Program-made: the position numbers and the translations under genes
From: an uncultured Rivularia sp.
GTDB taxonomy: Bacteria; Cyanobacteriota; Cyanobacteriia; Cyanobacteriales; Nostocaceae
Direction: 5' to 3'
NCBI GenBank assembly: GCA_963665115.1
Contig: OY762007.1
Coordinates: 8,544,001-8,608,000, forward strand
Length of the DNA: 64,000 bases
In this document: one piece after another, positions 1 through 7,692 of the stretch
Layout of the letters: every line of letters starts with the position of its first letter
How positions within the stretch are numbered: position 1 is the stretch's first letter
The notes under the pieces: generated by a model
The model's database searches: none
Told to the model about the DNA's origin: nothing
The model's input: only the letters and a program-made list of their open reading frames with translations

Positions 1-345
1 GTTGGTTTGGGGATGTTGTCTAGTCCTATATGGTTAAGGCTGTCGGCGCGAAATACAGTTTATTTAATTACAAATAAACGAGCTTTATCTATTTCTATTC
101 CAGTTAGCTCATTTGGAAATATCTTGTCTACTACTATAAGAAACTACCCACCCTCTAAGTTAAAAGATATATATCGCAAAGAGCGAGCAGATGGTACGGG
201 TGACGTGGTTATGGCAGTTCAACAAAGCACCAGTAATATTAATAATCGTAGAAATCAAACAACTCAGGAGATAGGATTCATGGGAATTCACAACCCGCAA
301 GAAGTTGAGAAGATGTTAAGACAGTTAGCTCAAGATGCTGAGTAA
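1..345 (+). CDS. 3' part of hypothetical membrane-associated protein (possibly bacterial PH-like domain); starts before window
   Basis: Frame open from window edge; TVYLITNKRA motif after a hydrophobic segment. Confidence 0.6.
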   Translation, partial: VGLGMLSSPIWLRLSARNTVYLITNKRALSISIPVSSFGNILSTTIRNYPPSKLKDIYRKERADGTGDVVMAVQQSTSNINNRRNQTTQEIGFMGIHNPQEVEKMLRQLAQDAE

Positions 346-950
346 TAGCGGTATTCAATTCTCAAACGTTGAGGAAATCTACTATTCTTCTCGGAATAAC
401 TATTACGGTTAATTTCTTGCAATCCCAATTTTTTAAAATAATCAACTTCTTCCAAAGATAAAGGATAAGGTGGCCCACTTGGTTCTTCAGGAGTATCGCG
501 GGTAACTGTGACGACTAATAATGTTCCTTCCTCAGTGACTAATTGAGCAATCGCTGCCATTACTTGCTCGCGAACTTTTAAAGGCAAAGATTGAATTGTT
601 CTCGCTTCAAAAACAAAATCAAAATTTCGCTGCCATTTTTTATTTAGATCGAATACATCGGCAACAACATAGTTGACTGAAGAATCGGGAAACCTTTGTT
701 TGCACCAATCTATAGCTGTAGGAGAAATATCAAAAGCTGTAACGTTAAAGCCTCTCTCAGCTAGGATTTCCGCATCGTCTCCCAATCCACATCCGACAAC
801 TAAAGCTTTTATTTTTAAACCCTTGCCAAATTGGGGATTTTGATTTAACCAATCTTTGAGATAAGCATTTGCGGTCATATTCGCCCAAGGAACTTGATTT
901 GAGTCTCCTTTGGCCTTGATGTATACGTTGTCGAACCAGTTTTGGGTCAT
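330..950 (-). CDS. Class I SAM-dependent methyltransferase (TPMT-like)
   Basis: VVGCGLGDDA motif I, FDISPTAI motif II, GPPYPL C-terminal motif. Confidence 0.85.
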   Translation of the reverse strand: MTQNWFDNVYIKAKGDSNQVPWANMTANAYLKDWLNQNPQFGKGLKIKALVVGCGLGDDAEILAERGFNVTAFDISPTAIDWCKQRFPDSSVNYVVADVFDLNKKWQRNFDFVFEARTIQSLPLKVREQVMAAIAQLVTEEGTLLVVTVTRDTPEEPSGPPYPLSLEEVDYFKKLGLQEINRNSYSEKNSRFPQRLRIEYRYYSAS

Positions 951-1019
951 TTCAATTTTGGGTTTAGAGGATATTTCTTTACGTTTGTGTTCCCGATTCG
1001 CACAAAGTTTTAGAGATTT

Positions 1020-1620
1020 CTATTCAGAATCTTTGAACACTTGAAGATATGGAGCATAAGCAAAAGCTCTATTACGCTTTTGCCCAGTAATTTCTTCTAA
1101 AAGACCTAAACTGCATAAATCTTTAACTAACGTATTAGCATTCGGATAGGACAATTGAATAATTTCTTCAACTTGTTCAACCGTAATAATTGGTCGGGAG
1201 TAAAGATTTTCTATGAATTTCTCGAATTAACCTTAATGATACGGGTAATGTATTTAAGCGCTCTAAACCATGATTAACTGCTGCAATATAGTTGACCACC
1301 TCAGCAACTTCTTGAGGATTTTCTGGTTCAAGAGCTTTAGATTCAAACTCTAGTACATCTATCAAAGATGCTTGTGTTCCTTCAATTTGACTTGACAAAA
1401 CCGCTTCTTTACGGACGTACATGAATACAAATAGTTCGGGATTAGGTAAAGCATCCGTAGAGCCATCTAAGCGACCTAAAGCACGGTCTGCTTGAGATAA
1501 AAGATTCCACATCTCCATGTCTATATGGATTTCTGGTTGAGGAGGTAACGGACTTGGGATAAAAGCTTTATATCCTCCAGCCTGCTGTACATAACACCCT
1601 GCCCTATTTTTATCCACCAT
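1020..1620 (-). pseudogene. Fic family protein with internal deletion (N-terminal domain joined out of frame to C-terminal HTH)
   Basis: N-term AFIPSPLPP...EAVLSSQIEGT; after ~1210 another frame reads ENLYSRPIITV...LGLLEEITGQKRNRAFAYAPYL*; no HPFxDGNGR motif. Confidence 0.8.
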
Positions 1621-1836
1621 TATTATCGACTTCGTTAATACTGAATAATTATTAAAGCTATATTATCAAAAACAGAGCTATATCGTTAATAAGACAAATT
1701 ATTTAAGTAATTGTGGAATTGTATAAAGCAATTGAAGAGCTAGTGTCAGTAACAGGTTATGCCGTTCAGTAAAACTTGAAACTGGCATAGCCCAATAAAA
1801 CTAAGACACTGTTGGGTTATGTCTAAACGCCGTTCC

Positions 1837-2877
1837 TCAATCTAACCCACTTAATGCATTACTTATCCCAGGCATTTCAATAAAATTAGGCAGTTTTTTG
1901 ATGGAATTACACCATTGATTTATGGCAGGATATTTATCTAAACTCACACCACCTTCGGGTGCTAAAGCAATATAGGGAAAACAAGCAATATCAGCAATGG
2001 TAGGACGATTCAAAGCTAACCATTGATTTTGAGTTAAATGTTGTTCGATAAGATTTAAAATTGGCTCTGCTTTTTTCTGCGCTGCTTCGACATTAATTCC
2101 AAAGCCAAACTTTGTACCTACTCTAGCATCAGCAGGGCCGCGAGCAATTTCGTTTGCTGCTGTTAATAACCATTGAGTTACCTGTGCCATTCCCGCTGCA
2201 TCGCTAGGAAACCAAGCTTCTCCACCGTGTTTTTTTGCTAGATAAACTAGAATCGCTTGGGAATCTCTCAAAACTAAATCGCCGTCTTCTAATACCGGCA
2301 CTTGTCCGAAAGGATTTAATTGTAAAAATTCCGCTGATTTTTGCTGTTTAGCCACAACATCTACAGGTACAAGCTCATATTTAATATCCAGCAAGGATAA
2401 GAATAAACGTACTTTATAGCAATTTCCTGAAAGCTCTAAATCATATAGTTTCATAATTGAAATCTCTTGAGTTTGTTGTTGTGTAATAGAAGGATAAATT
2501 TGGTCGAATTCTAATACGTTGCCATCTGGATCTCGAATGAAACAAACTCGACGACGCTCTCCAAGATATTTTGGCCCTTCTGTAACTTGAATATTTTCTT
2601 GCTCTAATTTCTTTAACAATACATCCAAATCATCTACAATAAAGGCTGGATGAGTAATTCCTGGATACTTTATCGGTTCATCCATGAGAATATTTTTATC
2701 GCGTTTTGCTCCATTGAAGATCAAATTTATATAAACACCACCATCTGTAACTAACTCGCTGGCTTGCTCCTTTGGAAAATACTTCTCTTCGATAAATCCC
2801 AGCTTTTCGTAAAATTCTAAAGCTTGAAGGCGATCGCTAACCCGAATCCCTATATGCTCGTAATCAATAATTTTCAT
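1837..2877 (-). CDS. VOC/glyoxalase domain fused to glutathione S-transferase
   Basis: HIGIRV...HPAF...RDPDGNVLE (VOC) then SGNCYKVRL, NPFGQVPVL, DSQAIL, PTIADIA (GST). Confidence 0.8.
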   Translation of the reverse strand: MKIIDYEHIGIRVSDRLQALEFYEKLGFIEEKYFPKEQASELVTDGGVYINLIFNGAKRDKNILMDEPIKYPGITHPAFIVDDLDVLLKKLEQENIQVTEGPKYLGERRRVCFIRDPDGNVLEFDQIYPSITQQQTQEISIMKLYDLELSGNCYKVRLFLSLLDIKYELVPVDVVAKQQKSAEFLQLNPFGQVPVLEDGDLVLRDSQAILVYLAKKHGGEAWFPSDAAGMAQVTQWLLTAANEIARGPADARVGTKFGFGINVEAAQKKAEPILNLIEQHLTQNQWLALNRPTIADIACFPYIALAPEGGVSLDKYPAINQWCNSIKKLPNFIEMPGISNALSGLD

Positions 2878-2884
2878 TTTTTTG

Positions 2885-2937
2885 CACGGAACGTTCGGTG
2901 AAGAGATTGTAAGAAAGTTTACCGATTGCTGGGTAAA
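2885..2937. promoter_or_regulatory. Two imperfect palindromes, probable TetR operators in divergent promoter
   Basis: CACGGAACGTTCGGTG (2885-2900) and TTTACCGATTGCTGGGTAAA (2918-2937). Confidence 0.55.
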
Positions 2938-2959
2938 ATGTCAATACAGCCAAAAATAG

Positions 2960-3508
2960 TTGCAAATGACCAGAGAAGAAGCGATTGTCAAATTAATTCC
3001 AGCATTTAGGAAGCATGGTTATGAAGGTGCTAGTCTATCCTTGCTTTCAAAAGCGAGCGGATTAGGAAAAGCCAGCCTTTATCATTACTTTCCTGGTGGT
3101 AAATCAGAAATGGCTGCTGCTGTGTTTGAGTATGTGGGTATTGATTTTGGTAGCTTGGTGCTGAAGACTTTGCGGGGAGAAGGTGAACCTGCTGCTAAAA
3201 TTCAAGCTGCTTGTAATAGTTTGCGGGAGTTTTACGATTCAGGGAGAAATTCTTGTTTTTTAGCGATAATGTCATTTGGTGAAGCCGATAAGTTGTTTCA
3301 TGACAGAGTAAAAGCGAGATTGGAATTGACGATCAAAACCTTAGCTCAAGTGTTGGTAGATGCAGGGATTGAAGTGGAAGTTGCCCAAATTAGGTCGCAA
3401 GATGCTATTGCTCAAATTCAAGGAGCGTTGATTTTGGTGAGGATTTTGGATGATATTGAACCTTTTGAAAGAGTTATTCAGGGTTTGCCGGGAAGGTTGT
3501 TGGGGTGA
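2960..3508 (+). CDS. TetR/AcrR family transcriptional regulator
   Basis: FRKHGYEGASL...SGLGKASLYHYFPGGK HTH; divergent from VOC-GST. Confidence 0.9.
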   Translation: MQMTREEAIVKLIPAFRKHGYEGASLSLLSKASGLGKASLYHYFPGGKSEMAAAVFEYVGIDFGSLVLKTLRGEGEPAAKIQAACNSLREFYDSGRNSCFLAIMSFGEADKLFHDRVKARLELTIKTLAQVLVDAGIEVEVAQIRSQDAIAQIQGALILVRILDDIEPFERVIQGLPGRLLG

Positions 3509-3539
3509 ATATTTTTCTAACATTTTATTCCACGTCAAC

Positions 3540-4163
3540 TTAGTCACCGTTTGGGTGCAGTTTTCGGTCATAAAGAACTACATCTGTAGGTGCATTTCTC
3601 CTTCTAGATGCTAATATTTTAGGCTCGATTGGTACTTCAGTAGGTATGAAAGTCAGCAGACAAAGTTCCATTTCGTCATCCCAATCATCATAGTCAGCAT
3701 CTTCGCAGTTAAAATTCGGTTCTGCTTCAATTTCTTCTCTAGTAAAAAACCGATTTTGAAATAGTAATTGATAGTGTCCCGTATATAAAGGAAACGAAAA
3801 AATAGCACCGTCGGTAGCATCTGCAAAGACGTGTATTCGTTCTTCACCTGTAACTTCAAAAGGCAGAAGTATTACACTAGTGTTATGATTTTGTTTTTCT
3901 GTAAAGTTTTTAGTTTGAACAGCAATAACGGGATCTATTTCTAAGCTTTCTGCAACCGCTATTTTTACCCAGTAGCTTTGATAATCGCTTAACATATAAA
4001 ATGAGACAAAATCTTGATACCAAGCAAATCCTTGATTCATTTGAAGTTTAGTTCCTTCATCACGATAATGGCTGTCACTATTATGCTTTTCAAGTGATTT
4101 AGAGATGTAGATAAAGGAATTATAAATATTATCTAATCTAATTTCTGCAATTACTTCATTCAT
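3540..4163 (-). CDS. ComJ/Nin-like protein, array copy 5 (most divergent)
   Basis: QGFAW..VSF.MLSDY, ILLPFEV, GHYQLLFQ shared with four neighbours; start placed at conserved MNEVIAEIR. Confidence 0.7.
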   Translation of the reverse strand: MNEVIAEIRLDNIYNSFIYISKSLEKHNSDSHYRDEGTKLQMNQGFAWYQDFVSFYMLSDYQSYWVKIAVAESLEIDPVIAVQTKNFTEKQNHNTSVILLPFEVTGEERIHVFADATDGAIFSFPLYTGHYQLLFQNRFFTREEIEAEPNFNCEDADYDDWDDEMELCLLTFIPTEVPIEPKILASRRRNAPTDVVLYDRKLHPNGD

Positions 4164-4196
4164 AAATTGCAACCGTGAATTTATAAGGATTTTTTG

Positions 4197-4835
4197 TTAG
4201 TCGTCACTATCTTGGTACATTTTTCGCTCGTGAATAATTAATTGATTAGAAAAATCTTTAGTTCCAAGCTCACTTCTATACGTTAAAATTTTAGCCTCAA
4301 TCGGTTCTTTCGTAGGGATAAAAGTCAGCAGACAAAGCTCCATTTGGTCTTCCCATTTATCGTAGTCCATATTTTCGCAGTTGAAATTAGGTTCTGCTTC
4401 GATTTCCTCTCTGGTAAAATCGCGATTTTGGAATAATAATTGGTAGTGTCCTGCTGGTAAGGTGAAAGAAAAAGTTGCACTAACTGGATCATCTCCGAAT
4501 ACGCATACCCGCTCTTCACTAGTAATTTGAAAAGGGAGAAGTATTACGCTAGCTGGAACATACATTCCAAGTTCCTTCGCATTAACAATAACGGGATCTA
4601 TTTCTAAGCAATCTTTAATTTCTATTTTTATCCAGTACGATAGGTAATCCCTTAACATATTAAAGGCTATAAAATCTTGATACCAAACAAATCCTTGGTC
4701 TAATAATAGGTCTGAGTAGTCTTCGGGTTCATCTCCTATTACCTGACTGGATTTATATCCTATAGGTAACTTAGAAACATGAATAAAGGGGACGAAAATA
4801 TCATTTATTCTTATTTCTGCAATGACTTCATTCAT
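4197..4835 (-). CDS. ComJ/Nin-like protein, array copy 4
   Basis: Paralogue: MNEVIAEIR...QGFVW...PAGHYQLLFQNR...ELCLLTFIPT. Confidence 0.7.
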   Translation of the reverse strand: MNEVIAEIRINDIFVPFIHVSKLPIGYKSSQVIGDEPEDYSDLLLDQGFVWYQDFIAFNMLRDYLSYWIKIEIKDCLEIDPVIVNAKELGMYVPASVILLPFQITSEERVCVFGDDPVSATFSFTLPAGHYQLLFQNRDFTREEIEAEPNFNCENMDYDKWEDQMELCLLTFIPTKEPIEAKILTYRSELGTKDFSNQLIIHERKMYQDSDD

Positions 4836-4868
4836 AAATCTTAATTGTGAATTTAGAAGAATTTTTTG

Positions 4869-5501
4869 TTATTCGTCACTATTTTGGTGAAGCTTTCGGT
4901 CGTAAAGAATTAACGGAGTGGAAAAATCTTTAGTTCCAAGCTGGCTTTTATACGTGAAAATCTTAGGCTCAATCTGCTCTTTAGTAGGTATAAAGGTCAG
5001 CAGACAAAGCTCAATTTCGTCTTCCCAATAATCATAGTCTTCGCAGTTGAAATTAGGTTCTGCTTCGACTTCCTCTCTGGTAAAATAGCGGTTTTGAAAC
5101 AATAATTGATAGTGTCCCGCAGGCAACGGGAACGAAAAAATAACACCGTCGTTAACATCTCCAAACACGCAGACTCGCTCTTCAACTGCAAGTTGAAAAG
5201 GGAGAAGGATTGCGCTCGCTCCATCGGCTAGTCTAAGCTTCTTAGCGTTGGCAATAACGGAATCTATTTCTAAGCTTTCTGCAACCGCTATTTTGACCCA
5301 GTACGATTGATAATCGCTTAACATATCGAAGGCTATGGAATCTCGAAACCATACAAATCCTTGGTTTGTTAGTATTCTGATGTCTTCTTCGGGTTCACCT
5401 CCTATTACCCGGCTAGATTTTAGGATCATCGGTGAATTAGAAACATGGATGGTTGACGTGAAAACATTATCTATTCTAATTTCTGCAATGACTTCATTCA
5501 T
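4869..5501 (-). CDS. ComJ/Nin-like protein, array copy 3
   Basis: Paralogue with same motifs. Confidence 0.7.
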   Translation of the reverse strand: MNEVIAEIRIDNVFTSTIHVSNSPMILKSSRVIGGEPEEDIRILTNQGFVWFRDSIAFDMLSDYQSYWVKIAVAESLEIDSVIANAKKLRLADGASAILLPFQLAVEERVCVFGDVNDGVIFSFPLPAGHYQLLFQNRYFTREEVEAEPNFNCEDYDYWEDEIELCLLTFIPTKEQIEPKIFTYKSQLGTKDFSTPLILYDRKLHQNSDE

Positions 5502-5600
5502 AAATTAAAAGATTAATGACAAATATTAAAACGATAAAAACGGGGGCAATGCGCGATTGCGTTACACCGCCCGTTTCTACACTCAGTATAAAAATACTTC
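5502..5600 (-). repeat. Conserved leader repeat with hairpin (copy upstream of array gene 3)
   Basis: Near-identical to 7080-7175 and partly to 6296-6351. Confidence 0.8.
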
Positions 5601-5665
5601 AAACGCCAATTTTTCTGTAGAACATTAAATTTTGACTCAGTGGAACCACTTATAAAGCTTTACTT

Positions 5666-6295
5666 TTATTCGTCACTATTTTGGTGAAGTTTTCGATCGT
5701 AAAGAATTAACGGAGTAGAAAAATCTTTAGTTCCAAGCTGACTTTTATACGTGAAAATCTTAGGTTCAATCGGCTCTTTAGTGGGTATAAAGGTCAGCAG
5801 ACAAAGCTCAATTTCGTCTTCCCAATAATCATAGTCTTCGCAGTCGAAATTAGGTTCTGCTTCGACTTCCTCTCTGGTAAAATAGCGATTTTGAAACAAT
5901 AATTGATAGTGTCCCGCAGGCAAGGTGAAAGAAAAAGTCACGTTATCATCATAATCTCCGAACACGCATACTCGCTCTTCACCTGTAAGTTGAAAAGGCA
6001 GAAGGATTGCGCTAGCTCGACCACCTATTCCAAGTTCCTTAGCGTTGGCAATAACCGGATCTATTTCTAAGCTTTCTGAAATAGCTATTTTTATCCAGTA
6101 CGATTGATAATCGCTTAACATATAAAACGCGATAGAATCTTGGAACCAAACAAATCCTTGATCTAATAGTAGCTTTATCCCCTCGCTTTCAGAGCCTCTT
6201 ACCTGGCTAGATTTGTATCCTATAGGTAACTTAGAAACATGGACAAAGGAGGCGAAAACATTATCTATTCTAATTTCTGCAATGACTTCATTCAT
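5666..6295 (-). CDS. ComJ/Nin-like protein, array copy 2
   Basis: Paralogue; C-terminal ~80 aa almost identical to copy 3. Confidence 0.7.
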   Translation of the reverse strand: MNEVIAEIRIDNVFASFVHVSKLPIGYKSSQVRGSESEGIKLLLDQGFVWFQDSIAFYMLSDYQSYWIKIAISESLEIDPVIANAKELGIGGRASAILLPFQLTGEERVCVFGDYDDNVTFSFTLPAGHYQLLFQNRYFTREEVEAEPNFDCEDYDYWEDEIELCLLTFIPTKEPIEPKIFTYKSQLGTKDFSTPLILYDRKLHQNSDE

Positions 6296-6443
6296 AAATT
6301 AAAAGATTACTGACAAATATTAAAACGATAAAAATGGGGGCTATGCGCGATAATGTTATACTCATTAAAAAAAATTCAAACGCTGATTTTTCTGTAGAAC
6401 GTTGGATTATCAAGGAAGTGGAACTACTTAGAAGGGTCAATTG

Positions 6444-7079
6444 TTAGTCGTCAGTATTTGGGTACAGTTTTTGATCGTAAAGAATTAACGGAGTGGAATC
6501 TTTAGTTCCAGCCCAACCTCTATCGATGAATATTTTAGGCTCAATCGGTTCTTGAGTGGGGATAAAGGTCAGCAGACAAAGCTCAAGTTGGTTTTTCCAA
6601 TCATCATAGTCCATATCTTCGCACTCGAAATTCGATTCGGCTTCGATTTCCTCTCTGGTAAAATCACGGTTTTGAAATAATAATTGATAGTGTCCCGCAG
6701 GTAAGGTGAAAGAAAAAGTGACACTAACATCATCATCTCCGAACACACATACTTGCTCTTCACTGGTAATTTGAAAAGGGAGAAGTATTACGCTAGCTAG
6801 ACCGTCTCTTCTAAGTTCCTTATCGTTGGCAATAACGGGATCTATTTCTAAGCGATCTTTAATCTCTATTTTTATCCAGTACGATAGATAATCACTGAAC
6901 ATATCAAAGGCTATAAAATCTTGATACCAAGCAAATCCTTGGTCTAATACTAGCTCTGAGTATTCTTCAGGTTCACCTACTCTTACCTGGCTAGATTTGT
7001 ATCCTATAGGTAACTTAGAAACATGGATAATTGACGTGGAAACATTATTTATTCTAATTTCTGCAATGACTTCATTCAT
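6444..7079 (-). CDS. ComJ/Nin-like protein, array copy 1
   Basis: Paralogue with same motifs. Confidence 0.7.
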   Translation of the reverse strand: MNEVIAEIRINNVSTSIIHVSKLPIGYKSSQVRVGEPEEYSELVLDQGFAWYQDFIAFDMFSDYLSYWIKIEIKDRLEIDPVIANDKELRRDGLASVILLPFQITSEEQVCVFGDDDVSVTFSFTLPAGHYQLLFQNRDFTREEIEAESNFECEDMDYDDWKNQLELCLLTFIPTQEPIEPKIFIDRGWAGTKDSTPLILYDQKLYPNTDD

Positions 7080-7175
7080 AAATTAAAAGATTACTGACAA
7101 ATATTAAAACGATAAAAATGGGGGCTATGCGCGATTGCGTTACACCCCCATTTATACACTCAGTATAAAAATACT
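7080..7175 (-). repeat. Conserved leader repeat with 9-bp stem hairpin upstream of array gene 1
   Basis: AAATGGGGG (7116-7124) pairs with CCCCCATTT (7145-7153). Confidence 0.8.
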
Positions 7176-7470
7176 TTATGCTATCGGTTCAGGTAAAGCG
7201 CTTTTGCTTTCTCCTGGTTCAAAGAAACCCCGGTTATTAAGGTCAGTTGCCATTACATCTTCAACGTAACCTAAAGTCTGTCCTGCAAATTTTCCTTTTA
7301 CAAAAAATATTTCTGTGCCGTTGTTGCTTATGCCTTGGCTTGAACCAAGTGAAGGATAATCAGGAAGTTCGGGGATGAAGGGTGTTCCATCTGGTCTTGT
7401 CCCATTAGAAATTTGCCGAAAGTCAATAGTTGAGAAGTTTACAGGATTGGCAAGCGTAATTTTAAAATAC
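7176..7470 (-). pseudogene. C-terminal remnant of unknown protein directly upstream of the array (candidate toxin tip)
   Basis: ~95 protein-like codons; the 5' part of the listed ORF is read through a REP-like palindrome, no credible start. Confidence 0.4.
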
Positions 7471-7487
7471 CCCCAAAACCCAAAGAT

Positions 7488-7553
7488 GGTACGTGACGCT
7501 ATTATCTTCCTTATAACCACCAACAAAAATCATCGAAGCGTCACACACCCTAC
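7488..7553. repeat. GTAG-type REP-like palindromic element
   Basis: GGTACGTGACGCT...AGCGTCACACACC followed by CTAC. Confidence 0.7.
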
Positions 7554-7561
7554 AATAATTT

Positions 7562-7622
7562 CTACCCCCTCTTCCCCCTCTTCCCCCTCTTCCCCCTCTA
7601 CCCCCTCTCCCCATCCCCCATT
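7562..7622. repeat. Pyrimidine-rich 9-mer tandem repeat (CCCCCTCTT/CCCCCTCTA)
   Basis: Direct reading; similar tracts at 21426, 27165, 59890, 60140, 60830. Confidence 0.7.
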
Positions 7623-7692
7623 CCCACACCAACCCCAAAACCCGCTATCATATAGGCGTTAACTAATTACCAACAGACAAGGGAAGGGAGTT

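Noticed and set aside
3653..6763. Alternative-frame ORFs 3653-3859, 4325-4519, 4997-5224, 6569-6763 that resemble each other
   Set aside because: Similarity follows from the paralogous host genes; starts are inconsistent and one copy lacks the ORF
5502..7175. Repeated leaders as a CRISPR array or integron attC sites
   Set aside because: Repeats are ~95 nt separated by whole genes; no cas or integrase gene and no RYYYAAC/GTTRRRY ends recognised
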